Source of the DNA: Candidatus Eiseniibacteriota bacterium
GTDB taxonomy: Bacteria > Eisenbacteria > RBG-16-71-46
Direction: 5' to 3'
Assembly (NCBI GenBank): GCA_036507005.1
Contig: DASXQT010000070.1
Location: 18,817-82,816 of the forward strand
DNA: 64,000 bases
Position numbers and translations under genes: made by a program. This document shows, piece after piece, positions 10,101 to 17,724 of this stretch (the stretch's first letter is position 1; each line of letters opens with the position of its first letter). The notes below the pieces were generated by a model. That model was not told the origin of the DNA. It was given only the letters and a program-made list of their open reading frames with translations, and did no database searches.

Positions 10101-12055
10101 TAGGTGCCCGCGGTCGTGAACGACGCCCCGGTGTGCAGCGCGCCCGGATCCCCGAACGCGACCGGCCCCGGCCCGCTCCCCTCGCTCCACTGCGTGGTCA
10201 GCGCCGGCGGGCTCGGCAGCCCGTCCTCCGTCACCGTCCCGTTCAGCACCGCCTCCGCCGGCAGCGTGATGGTCTGGCTCGCCCCCGCGCTCACCACTGG
10301 CGCCGCATTCGGCGGCGGCGGCGGCGGAACGCCGCCCACCTCGATGTGCAGCAACGCCGCTCCCGCCGGGTTCCCGTCGAACGCCCACGCGGTGCGGTGC
10401 CCGCTGCCCGTCACCACCAGCACCAGCGCGTTCCCGCTCGCCCACCCTGCCCGGTTCACCACCTCCTGCAGCACAGCCGCAAGGTCCGGCGTGCGCTGGT
10501 TGGCTCCCACCTCGCCCGCCACCCACGCCGCCGGCGTCCAGCTCACGGCGGCCGCCGTCCGCCCCCGCGTCGACACGTTGCCCGCGGTGAACGCGAAGGT
10601 CCCCGCGTTGTCCGCCGCCTGGCCCTGGATCGTCAGCGCCGTCGCTTCGCTCTGCCCTTCCTTGGCGCCGAACTGGACGTACGCCCGGCTGATCGTCGCC
10701 CCCCGCGGGATCGTCACGTTGCTGAAGCGCATCCCGACTTTCTGGATCCCGAGGTCGTACATCAGCTCGAGGTCCGAGCTGGAGAGCGCCATGGTCCCCG
10801 CGGCGTTCTCTTCGGCGTCGTCGCTCCCCGTCGCCACCCGCCGCTCCAGGGTGATCGATCCCGCGGGCGGCCCGCTGCCGCCGGACTCGAAGGCTCCCAG
10901 GTCGGGGGCGCTCCCCAGGTAGGCGGTCGGAGACAGGTTCACGATCGTCTCCCCTCGCCACTGGAACAGCGCCACGCCCGCGTCGATCGCCAGGCTGCCC
11001 GACTTCGGCCGGAAGTCCGAGGCCAACTGGGGGTCGAACCGCGACGTGGTGGACAGGTCCACGTTGCTGGTCTCGTTGTCGAGGCCGTTGTTCCAGAACA
11101 GGTTGTGCGCGGCGATCGAGTTCCCCGCTATGCGCCGGAACGCGCTGTTCGGGATGCTCTCGAGGATGTTGTTCACCGCCACCGTGTTCGCCCCGCCCAC
11201 GACCCCGTAGAAGTCCCCGACCACCGTGTTGTTGATGAACTCGACTCGCTCCGCGATCGGCGCCCCGGTGAAGTCCTCGTTGGTGAGCTGGTCGGGCATG
11301 CACCCGACGGTCGCCCTCCCGTTCCTCTCGAACAGATTCCGCTCGACCCGGATGCGCCGGCTCGAGGAGTCGGGGGAGTCGATCAGCTGGATTCCGTCCG
11401 ACCCGTTGCCGATGAACTGGTTCCCGATCACCACGATGTCGAGCGTCGGCCCGGTGTAGGGGTACATCCGGAACTCGATCCCGTCCTCGTGGTTGTTGAG
11501 CACGATGTTGTCGATGACCCGTATCGCCAGGCGGCCGTTGAGATCGATCCCGTCGTCGGTCTGGTTGCGAAACACGTTGTTGGCGATCAAGCCGCCGGAG
11601 CCGGCCGAGTAGTTGATCGCGTCCTCGGTCCCGTAGATGTGGCAGTAGCGCACGTCCACCGGCGAAGACGAGCGCACCCCCTTGACCGCCCCGGTGATGG
11701 TGAGCCCGATCACCGCGCCGCCCGAATGCGTGCCGATGTCGAACGTCGCGTCTCCGGTGCAGCCTGGGTCGGCCGGGCAGTAGCCGACGGCCAGGCCGCT
11801 GAGCACGGTCTGGGCGATGTACGACGTGTCGCCGGTGGTCAGGAACCGCGAGGCGAACACCAGAGACTTGTTGTCGAGCCACACCCCGCCCAGGTAGGTG
11901 CCGGGGGCGAACAGGATGGTGTCACCGCTGGCGGCCGCGGCCACCGCCGCTTGGAGGTTGGGCTGCCTGGCGGGCACGTCGATGGTCGCGGCCCACGACG
12001 GAGAGGCAGCGAGGAGACCGAAGGCGAAGAATGTGGTTGGGCGGAAGGGACGCAT
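7184..12055 (-). CDS. Giant secreted surface protein: parallel beta-helix domain, 4 x unnamed ~185-aa module, 5 PKD/Ig-like domains, C-terminal FlgD-Ig/T9SS-like sorting domain
   Basis: 1623 aa. Signal peptide MRPFRPTTFFAFGLLAASPSWA. N-terminal pectate-lyase-like beta-helix repeats (NNVFRNQTDDGIDL, DNIVLNNHEDGIEF, GNQFIGNGSDGIQL). The repeated module starts GSITLERRV..DDVEE. PKD-like units read APVVDAG..QTLTLPADAALNGTVTDDGLPSPPALTTQWS. The C-terminal tail is ARLEVLDVSGRRV...GLYFVRL. Confidence 0.85.
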   Translation of the reverse strand: MRPFRPTTFFAFGLLAASPSWAATIDVPARQPNLQAAVAAAASGDTILFAPGTYLGGVWLDNKSLVFASRFLTTGDTSYIAQTVLSGLAVGYCPADPGCTGDATFDIGTHSGGAVIGLTITGAVKGVRSSSPVDVRYCHIYGTEDAINYSAGSGGLIANNVFRNQTDDGIDLNGRLAIRVIDNIVLNNHEDGIEFRMYPYTGPTLDIVVIGNQFIGNGSDGIQLIDSPDSSSRRIRVERNLFERNGRATVGCMPDQLTNEDFTGAPIAERVEFINNTVVGDFYGVVGGANTVAVNNILESIPNSAFRRIAGNSIAAHNLFWNNGLDNETSNVDLSTTSRFDPQLASDFRPKSGSLAIDAGVALFQWRGETIVNLSPTAYLGSAPDLGAFESGGSGPPAGSITLERRVATGSDDAEENAAGTMALSSSDLELMYDLGIQKVGMRFSNVTIPRGATISRAYVQFGAKEGQSEATALTIQGQAADNAGTFAFTAGNVSTRGRTAAAVSWTPAAWVAGEVGANQRTPDLAAVLQEVVNRAGWASGNALVLVVTGSGHRTAWAFDGNPAGAALLHIEVGGVPPPPPPNAAPVVSAGASQTITLPAEAVLNGTVTEDGLPSPPALTTQWSEGSGPGPVAFGDPGALHTGASFTTAGTYVLRLTASDGELSAAASVTIVVRAAPVNTAPVVDAGPGQTLTLPADAALNGTVTDDGLPSPPALTTQWSEGSGPGPVAFADAGAVDTRASFTAAGTYVLRLTASDGALSATDSVTIVVNAAPPPGAITLERRVTAGTDDVEENAAGTVLLYSSDIELVYDLGVQKVGLRFPNVTIPRGTTITRAYVQFEAKEAQSEATALTIQAQAADNAATFAATTGNVSSRSRTAAAVSWTPVAWAVGEVGPNQRTPDLSAVVQEVVNRAGWASGNALALVVTGSGHRTAWSFEGKPAGAALLHVETGGGPPPPPSNAAPVVDAGPSQALTLPADAALNGTVTDDGLPSPPALTTQWSEGSGPGLVAFADAGAVDTRASFTTPGTYVLRLTASDGALSAGDSVTIVVTAATPPPPTGSITLERRVASVGTDDVEEDPAGTVLLYSTDIELVYDISLQKVGLRFTNIAIPRGATITRAYVQFEAKESQSEATSLRIQAQAADNAATFAATTGNVSSRSRTAAAVSWAPAPWAAGELGANQRTPDLSAVVQEVVNRAGWASGNALALVVTGTGHRTAWAYEGKATGGALLHIEAGSGSPPPPSNAAPVVDAGANQTLTLPADAALNGTVTDDGLPSPPALTTQWSEGSGPGPVAFADAGAVDTRASFATPGTYVLRLTASDGALSARDSVTIVVKAAAPPPTGSITLERRVAAGTDDVEENAAGTVLLYSSDIELVYDSGVQKIGLRFANVAIPRGATITRAFVQFEAREAQSEATALTIQGQAADNAGTFTATTANVTSRARTAASVSWAPAPWAVGEVGENQRTPDLSAVVQEVVSRAGWASGNALAFVVTGTGHRTAWAFDGNQAGVALLHIEASGPVAQSQEMSATLEERPRSGFALHGVMPVPARDRLSVEFSLGEGERARLEVLDVSGRRVTLREVGPLGPGRHRIDVGDRLPAGLYFVRLTQGPRVGVAKALIVK
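7500..10862 (-). repeat. Tandem in-gene DNA repeats (module + PKD unit, period ~852 bp; an extra PKD copy in the first unit)
   Basis: Module N-termini (G[SA]ITLE codons) fall at about 10862, 9730, 8878 and 8026. Long nearly identical strings recur at about 8085, 8935, 9778 and 10070, e.g. CAGCGCCCCGTCGCTCGCCGTCAGCCGCAGCACGTAGGTGCCCGG. Confidence 0.85.
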
Positions 12056-12568
12056 GAATCGTCAATATCATCCAGTAAAATGCGAATTGCACTGGCGACT
12101 CCACTACAATACGTAATCCTATCATAATCATGTATATGTGTTGACCCATGTTATTGTGAATAAATTCTACGGGGTGCAATTGACATAACGCGCGTGGACG
12201 TCGGACCACCGGGATGCCCTTCCCGGGAGCCACGCGGCGGGCCCGCAGCACAGGGGCGCTGGAGCACCGATGGGCCGGAAGGCAGGGGGGGGCCGGCGCA
12301 AGCGCGGCGCCGTCGACGGCTTGAACCGGGAGGGGCTGCCGGTGCCGAAGCCGACCTCCGAGGGGGAGTTCGTCGAGGTGGAGGCCGCCTGAACTGATGC
12401 CGCGCCGAGCCCGGCTCAGCAGAGCCGTCGATGCTCGACCCGGCATGGTGGCCTCCCAGCTTCCCCTCGTCGCTGGCGCTGATCGCGGGTGTTGGCAACC
12501 GCATGGGCCGTGCTATCGTCGGCAGGCCCTTCTTGCAGCGAGGGCCGGTGCCTCTAGGAGGTGTCCCA

Positions 12569-12808
12569 ATGAACTGGCGCGAGCACATCACGGTTGATCC
12601 AGCAATCTGCCACGGAGCTCCTTGCTTCAAAGGAACCCGAGTGATGGTCTCCATCGTGCTGGACAACCTCGCCGCCGGCCGTACCGTGGAGGAAATCCTC
12701 AGGGACTACCCTTCGCTTCGGCCTGAGGCCCTCCCGGCGGCCATCGCGTACGCCGCGGAGTTGGCTCGGGAGCGGATCATCGAAATGCCCGGCTCCGACG
12801 CTGCATGA
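12569..12808 (+). CDS. DUF433-family protein (antitoxin-like partner of DUF5615/PIN-like toxins)
   Basis: AGGAGG at 12556-12561 precedes ATG 12569. DPAICHGAPCFKGTRVMVSIVLDNLAAGRTVEEILRDYPSL matches the DUF433 signature. The upstream 46 codons of the track ORF look non-coding. Confidence 0.8.
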   Translation: MNWREHITVDPAICHGAPCFKGTRVMVSIVLDNLAAGRTVEEILRDYPSLRPEALPAAIAYAAELARERIIEMPGSDAA

Positions 12809-12921
12809 GATTCAAGCTCGACGAGAACCTCCCAACCCGTGCAGCGGAGGTTCTGCGAGCCGCCGGCAGGCCCTCGCCGCGCCCGCCTCAGTACAGCCGC
12901 CGCAGCTCGATCCCGGTGTAG
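12805..12921 (+). pseudogene. Truncated DUF5615-type (PIN-like) toxin gene remnant
   Basis: ATG 12805 overlaps the DUF433 stop (ATGA). MRFKLDENLPTRAAEVLRAAG matches the DUF5615 N-terminus. Similarity is then lost and the frame ends after 38 codons, inside the 3' end of the convergent spoIID-like gene. Confidence 0.55.
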
Positions 12922-14258
12922 TAGCGCCGCAGGATCTCCTCGCCGATCTTGCCGGCGCGCGCCATCCCCAGCGCCCCGGTCTGGCACAGGCCTACGCCGT
13001 GCCCGGAGCCCGCGCCGGTCGCCACCACCGCGATGGCGCGCCCGGCCCTGGCATCGCGGCGCACGTCCACCTTGAACAGGTTCGAGCGCAGGATCGCGCT
13101 CCCGTTCCCGCCCCGCCTCAGCACCTGCCGCAGCGAGTACGCCGGGATCTCGATCTCGCCGGTCGTGGTGCGCACACTGAGCCGCCACACGCGGCCCGAG
13201 CGCGAGCGCGCGAGCACGCGCACGTCCACGATCTCCCCCACGCCTCCGGCGGGCAGCGGCACGCCGAACGAGGGGCCGTAGCGCGTGAGGTTGGCGGCGA
13301 ACTCCTTCGCGCTCCACTCCTCGCGCCAGCGGTGGTGCGGCGAGGCGGCGCACGCATCCTCGCCGCTGTCGCGGTCGCGGCGGCTCTGGAGGTACGGAAG
13401 CGGATCGGCGGGCCATCCCTCCCACACCTCGGCGGTGATGCCGCCGCAGGTCGAGCAGTAGTTGGCGCGGATCGGCCAGCCGCCGGAGAGCGCGAGCAGG
13501 CCCCGGGTGCCAAGGACGCAGCGCGTGGCGAGCGGGCGCTCCCCTTCGACCGGCCCGTAGACCTGGTCCTCGACCGTGCCGTAGAGGTCGAACCCCTCGT
13601 CCGCGCGCCGGCCGCGGTAGAACAGCGTGTAGCTGCGGGCCGCGACGGCCTGCGCGCGCCCGGCCTCGACCAGCTCGTCCGCGAGGGCGCCGATCTCGCC
13701 CGGCACCACGCCGAGTAGGTAGGTCTCGAGCGCCAGGCGGTCGGCGATCGTGAGCTTGCCGCGCGGGTTGAGGAACACCTTGAGCGTGCCGCGCCAGGTC
13801 TTGCCGTTCCAGCGCGCGCGGCTGCTGTCGGAGCGCTCCGCCGGGTCGGCAGCGAGCCACAGCGTGTCGCCCGGCTCGAGCGACCAGCGGCCGTCCTCTC
13901 CGAGCGCCACGACCAATCCCCTTCCGCCCGAGACGCGGATCGCGACGCCGCCGAAGTTGCCGCTCACGATCGGGCGCGGCTCCGCCCCCGGCCGCTGGAT
14001 CGAGGCGCCCGTGATCTGCACCGACTCGAGCCTCAGGCTGTCGAGATCCCACGCGAGCCCGACGTCGATCGCGGGCTCGCCGTGGATCTCGAACCTCTCG
14101 GGCACGCGCGGCGGCGCGGGAGTCGGGACGCCACCCGGCGCGCGCGGGGGTTGCGGCGCGCCACCCGGCGGAGGCACGGTCGCGCACGATGCGGCGAGCG
14201 CGGCGAGGGCGACCGCGGCCGCTAGCCGGAGCGCGCCGGAGAGGAGCGCGCGCCTCAC
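12888..14258 (-). CDS. SpoIID/LytB-domain peptidoglycan-remodelling lipoprotein
   Basis: GTG 14258 overlaps the anmK stop (GTGA). Lipoprotein-type signal LAAAVALAALAASC. SpoIID signatures are present (ALEAQAVAARSY-like GRAQAVAARSYTLF, CSTCGGITAEV, GHGVGLCQTGALGMA). Confidence 0.8.
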   Translation of the reverse strand: MRRALLSGALRLAAAVALAALAASCATVPPPGGAPQPPRAPGGVPTPAPPRVPERFEIHGEPAIDVGLAWDLDSLRLESVQITGASIQRPGAEPRPIVSGNFGGVAIRVSGGRGLVVALGEDGRWSLEPGDTLWLAADPAERSDSSRARWNGKTWRGTLKVFLNPRGKLTIADRLALETYLLGVVPGEIGALADELVEAGRAQAVAARSYTLFYRGRRADEGFDLYGTVEDQVYGPVEGERPLATRCVLGTRGLLALSGGWPIRANYCSTCGGITAEVWEGWPADPLPYLQSRRDRDSGEDACAASPHHRWREEWSAKEFAANLTRYGPSFGVPLPAGGVGEIVDVRVLARSRSGRVWRLSVRTTTGEIEIPAYSLRQVLRRGGNGSAILRSNLFKVDVRRDARAGRAIAVVATGAGSGHGVGLCQTGALGMARAGKIGEEILRRYYTGIELRRLY

Positions 14259-15556
14259 GCCGCCGCTCCGGGCGTGATCTCGCCCAGCACCACGGCGCGC
14301 GCCGCACCCGTGGCCGAGGGCACGTTCCCGGGCAGGCCGCACAGCGTCTGGTGCGCGAGGAACGCAAAGGCGAGCGCCTCCTTGGCCGCCGGCGGCACGC
14401 CCAGCTCGTCGAGCGAATGGAGCCGCGCGGGCGCGAGCCTGCGCCCGAGCGCCCGCATGAGCGTCGCGTTCGCAACTCCTCCCCCGCTCGCGTAGATCGC
14501 GTCCACGCCCGCCCGCGGCACGAGGAAGCGCTTGATCGCGGCCTCCACGGCGGCGGCGGTCAGCTCGACCGCGGTCGCGAGCACGTCGTCGTCCGCGAGC
14601 CCCATCGAGAGCCCCATCTTGCGGAGCGTGACCGCGTAGTGCTCGCCGTAGTGCTCGCGCCCGGTCGAGCGCGGCGGCGCCTGCGCGAAGAACGGGTCGG
14701 AGAGCAGCTCGGAGAGCAGCGGCTCGCTCACCGTTCCGCGCGCGGCCGCCGCCCCGCCCGCATCCTGTCGCTCAGCGCCCCGGGTGCGCAGGCTCACGAG
14801 CGCATCGAGCACCGCGTTGCCGGGGCCGGTGTCGAAGGCCAGCACCTGGTCGAGCGCGCCACCGCGCGGCAGGTAGGTGACGTTCGCTATTCCGCCCAGG
14901 TTCAAGAGCACGCGCGATTCGCTCGGCGAGCGGAACAGCCACCAGTCGGCGAGCGGGACGAGCGGGGCGCCCTCGCCGCCGGCGGCGGCGTCGCGCACCC
15001 GGAAGTTGGAGACCACGGCGATCCCGGTGCGCTCGGCCAGGATCGCGGCCGAGCCGAGCTGGAGCGTGAGCGTCGTGCCTCCCGACTCGCGCGGCAGGTG
15101 GCGCACGGTCTGCCCGTGGGAGCCGATCGCGCTCACCGCTCCCGGATCGGTCCCGGCCTCGGCGAGCAGCTCGAACACCGCAGCGGCGTAGCGCTCGCCG
15201 AGTGCCGCATCGAGCCGCATCAACTGCTCGGGCTCGAGCGTGCGCGCCGCGGCCACGTCGAGGATCTCGCGCCGCAGCGCCGTCTCGAGCGGGGTCTCGC
15301 GGTAGGCGACGAGCGTGTGCCGGGTCTCGGGCCCGATCCCGCGGAAGCGCACCAGCGCCGCATCCACCGCGTCCGCCGAGGTGCCGGTCATGAGCCCCAC
15401 CACCAGCCGCTCGTCGCGCGCGCGGTAGTCGCGCACGCCGGCGAGCGCATCGTGCGCGCCCGGCGCCGCGGGCGCGTGAGCCGCGGGCGCATGAGGCGCC
15501 GCCTTGGCCGCGCTCCCCGCGGGCGCGTGAGCCGTCCCCTTCGCCGCGCGCTTCAC
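14255..15556 (-). CDS. anmK: Anhydro-N-acetylmuramic acid kinase
   Basis: VVGLMTGTSADAVDAALV matches the anmK N-terminal GLMSGTS.DG.D motif, and the rest aligns by eye to the AnmK family. The proposed GTG start at 15556 overlaps the permease stop (GTGA) and adds an Ala/Pro-rich N-terminal extension. The start is uncertain. Confidence 0.75.
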   Translation of the reverse strand: MKRAAKGTAHAPAGSAAKAAPHAPAAHAPAAPGAHDALAGVRDYRARDERLVVGLMTGTSADAVDAALVRFRGIGPETRHTLVAYRETPLETALRREILDVAAARTLEPEQLMRLDAALGERYAAAVFELLAEAGTDPGAVSAIGSHGQTVRHLPRESGGTTLTLQLGSAAILAERTGIAVVSNFRVRDAAAGGEGAPLVPLADWWLFRSPSESRVLLNLGGIANVTYLPRGGALDQVLAFDTGPGNAVLDALVSLRTRGAERQDAGGAAAARGTVSEPLLSELLSDPFFAQAPPRSTGREHYGEHYAVTLRKMGLSMGLADDDVLATAVELTAAAVEAAIKRFLVPRAGVDAIYASGGGVANATLMRALGRRLAPARLHSLDELGVPPAAKEALAFAFLAHQTLCGLPGNVPSATGAARAVVLGEITPGAAA

Positions 15557-16413
15557 TTCTCCGCTCCCGCCAGCACCCCGGAGAGGATCTGGCGCTGGAA
15601 CGCCGCGAACACGGCGAGCACCGGCAGCGACGCCAGCGTCGAGCCCGCCATGAGGAATCCCCAGTCCACGCTGTGCTCGGTCTGGGAGAGCAGCGCGAGG
15701 CCCACCGGCAGCGTGCGAAGCCGATCGGAGTCCACGAAGATCAGCGGGTAGAGGAACGAGTTCCAGTTGGCGAGGAACGACTGGATCGCCACCACCGCCA
15801 GCACCGGCTTCATCAGGGGCAGCATGATATCGCGGAAGATCGCCCAGTCCGAGGCGCCGTCCACGCGCGCCGCCTCCTCCAGCTCGTGGGGCAGGCCGAT
15901 CACGTACTGGCGCACCAGGAAGATGCTGAACGCGTCGACCGCGAACGGCAGGATGAGGGCGCCGTAGGTGTCGATCAGGTGGAGGCGGCTCATCACCAGG
16001 TAGAGCGGCACCATCAGCACCTGCTTGGGCAGCATGAGCGTGGCCACGATCCCCAGCGTCCAGAACTTCTCCCCCGGCACGCGCCTGCGCCCCAGCACGT
16101 AGCCCACCATGGCGGCGGTGGCGACGTTGAGCCCCACCACCGCGGCCGCGACCAGCGCGCTGTTGGCGAGGTAGGTGCCGATCGGCGCCACCAGGAACAG
16201 CGCGCGGTAGTGCTCGAGCGTGAGCCCGGCCGAGAGCGCCCGCGCGAACGAGCCGCCCGAGACCGGAGCGAGCGAGACCGCGAGCATCCACGCGAACGGC
16301 ACGAGCATCGTGAGCAGCACCGGGCCGAGCCACAGCCAGCGCAGCGCCGAGCGGCTCCAGGCGGGCGGGATCGCCGCGGCCTCACCGCCGCGCGCAGGCG
16401 CCTCGCTCCTCAT
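15553..16413 (-). CDS. Carbohydrate ABC transporter permease (MalG-like)
   Basis: 286 aa, six predicted TM segments, and the EAA-loop region ELEEAARVDGASDWAIFRDIMLPLMKP. ATG 16413 overlaps the upstream permease stop (ATGA). Confidence 0.85.
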   Translation of the reverse strand: MRSEAPARGGEAAAIPPAWSRSALRWLWLGPVLLTMLVPFAWMLAVSLAPVSGGSFARALSAGLTLEHYRALFLVAPIGTYLANSALVAAAVVGLNVATAAMVGYVLGRRRVPGEKFWTLGIVATLMLPKQVLMVPLYLVMSRLHLIDTYGALILPFAVDAFSIFLVRQYVIGLPHELEEAARVDGASDWAIFRDIMLPLMKPVLAVVAIQSFLANWNSFLYPLIFVDSDRLRTLPVGLALLSQTEHSVDWGFLMAGSTLASLPVLAVFAAFQRQILSGVLAGAEK

Positions 16414-17393
16414 CGCGCCGCCTCCGCCGGCTTGCCCACCAGACGGAGCTGCACCTCGGCCAGGACCAGCGTGAGCAGGAACAGCAGGTACGCCACCGCG
16501 CACGCGTAGCCCAGGTTGAAGCGGTAGAACGCCTCTTCGTACAAGTAGTAGACCACGGTGGTGGTGCGGTGGAGCGGCCCGCCGCGCGTCATCACGAATA
16601 CCTCGGCGAAGATCTGGAGGCTCCGCACCGTGTTCACCACCAGCACGAACAGCAGCGTCGGCCTGAGCAGCGGGAGCGTGATGCTCGTGAGGCAGTCCCA
16701 GCCCGTCGCCCCCTCGAGGCGCGCCGCGTCGTAGAGATCGCGCGGGATGGCCTCGAGCCCGGCGAGGAAGATCACCATGTAGTAGCCGCTCGCCGACCAC
16801 ACGTCCATCGCCATGATCGCGGGCAGCGCCGTGGCGGGGTCGAGCAGCCAGGCCGGCGTGCGCAGCCCGAGCGCGCGCAGCACCGCGTTGAGCGGGCCGT
16901 CGGGCGCGTAGAGCCCCTTGAACACCAGCGACAGCACCACGATCGACACCACGCTCGGCACGAAGAAGCCGACCCGGAAGAGCGTGCGCCCGCGGAACGC
17001 GGGCTGCACCGCGAGCGCCAGCAGCAGCGCAAGCGCGGTGGTGAAGGGGATCGTTCCCAGCACGAAGAACGCCGTGTTCCCGAGTGCCCCCCAGAACGCC
17101 GGATCGGTGAGCGCGCGCCCGTAGTTCGAGAGCCCCACCCAGCGCGTGTGTCCGGAGTGGATCGGCGAGTAATCCGAGAACGAGGCCGCGAGGGAGAACA
17201 CGAAGGGGAAGAGCCCGAACAAGGCGAACGAGATCGCCCAGGGCGAGAGCAGCGTCCACGAGGTCACCGCCGGCCCGTCGATTCTCAGCGCCCGGACGCG
17301 CGTAAGCGCCGCAGTGCCCCATGCGCGGGAACGCGCCAGTGCCGCAGTGCTCCAAGCCTGAATCCGCGCTAGCGCGCGCGTGCGGTCATCCAT
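16410..17393 (-). CDS. Carbohydrate ABC transporter permease (MalF-like)
   Basis: EAA loop DLYDAARLEGATGWDCLTSITLPLLRP and multiple TM segments. ATG 17393 (MDDRTR...) is preferred over the track start. The first codons and leader are a copy of the murQ start region. Confidence 0.8.
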   Translation of the reverse strand: MDDRTRALARIQAWSTAALARSRAWGTAALTRVRALRIDGPAVTSWTLLSPWAISFALFGLFPFVFSLAASFSDYSPIHSGHTRWVGLSNYGRALTDPAFWGALGNTAFFVLGTIPFTTALALLLALAVQPAFRGRTLFRVGFFVPSVVSIVVLSLVFKGLYAPDGPLNAVLRALGLRTPAWLLDPATALPAIMAMDVWSASGYYMVIFLAGLEAIPRDLYDAARLEGATGWDCLTSITLPLLRPTLLFVLVVNTVRSLQIFAEVFVMTRGGPLHRTTTVVYYLYEEAFYRFNLGYACAVAYLLFLLTLVLAEVQLRLVGKPAEAAR

Positions 17394-17435
17394 GACGCGC
17401 GGAAGATGCCACGCGGCGCCCGCGAAGCGCAATGG
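17375..17435 (-). repeat. ~60-bp copy of the murQ leader plus first 6 codons (partner at 24138-24197)
   Basis: About 80% identity by hand alignment, including identical GCGCGTGCGGTC, CATG, AAGATGCCA and AGCGCAAT blocks. Both genes therefore start M-(D/S)-D-R-T-R. Confidence 0.7.
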
Positions 17436-17724
17436 CAGGTCCGGCTTGACGCGCGAGGACGCTCTGTGGCTCACACAGTTCGCTCAGGATCGACGATCAT
17501 CCACCGGAAGGACTCTCGGACCTCGAATACCCTGTTTCAGGCTCCTCGAGCGCCTCGCTATCTGGCCCGCCTGCTCGGCATTGCGCGCCCTCGTAGGAGA
17601 GTGGGACGCGCGCCCCGGACGCGCGCGCCGCGTGTTCGCAGCCCACTCCCTGTCAGCACCTTCTGGGTCAATGCGGCCGCGCGGAACACTCTGGCGACGA
17701 GTAGGTACGCCGAGTGACTACTGG

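Noticed and set aside
7049-12127. 1692-aa plus-strand ORF and 1505-aa minus-strand off-frame ORF (7365-11882) over the giant surface-protein gene.
   Set aside because: Their repetitive R/G/P-rich translations simply mirror the tandem DNA repeats. Only the 7184-12055 minus frame gives a signal peptide, beta-helix repeats, PKD-like units and a sorting domain.
12431-12568. 46-codon N-terminal extension of the DUF433 ORF in the supplied track.
   Set aside because: The DUF433 similarity begins at the internal ATG 12569, which has a strong AGGAGG RBS. The extension is Pro/Trp/Gly-rich with no similarity.
17406-17436. A TGGCAT sequence (minus strand) inside the duplicated murQ/permease leader, considered as a sigma-54 -24 element.
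   Set aside because: The spacing and -12 element (GCGC instead of TTGC) do not fit TGGCAC-N5-TTGC. The motif also lies only about 17 nt from the start codon.
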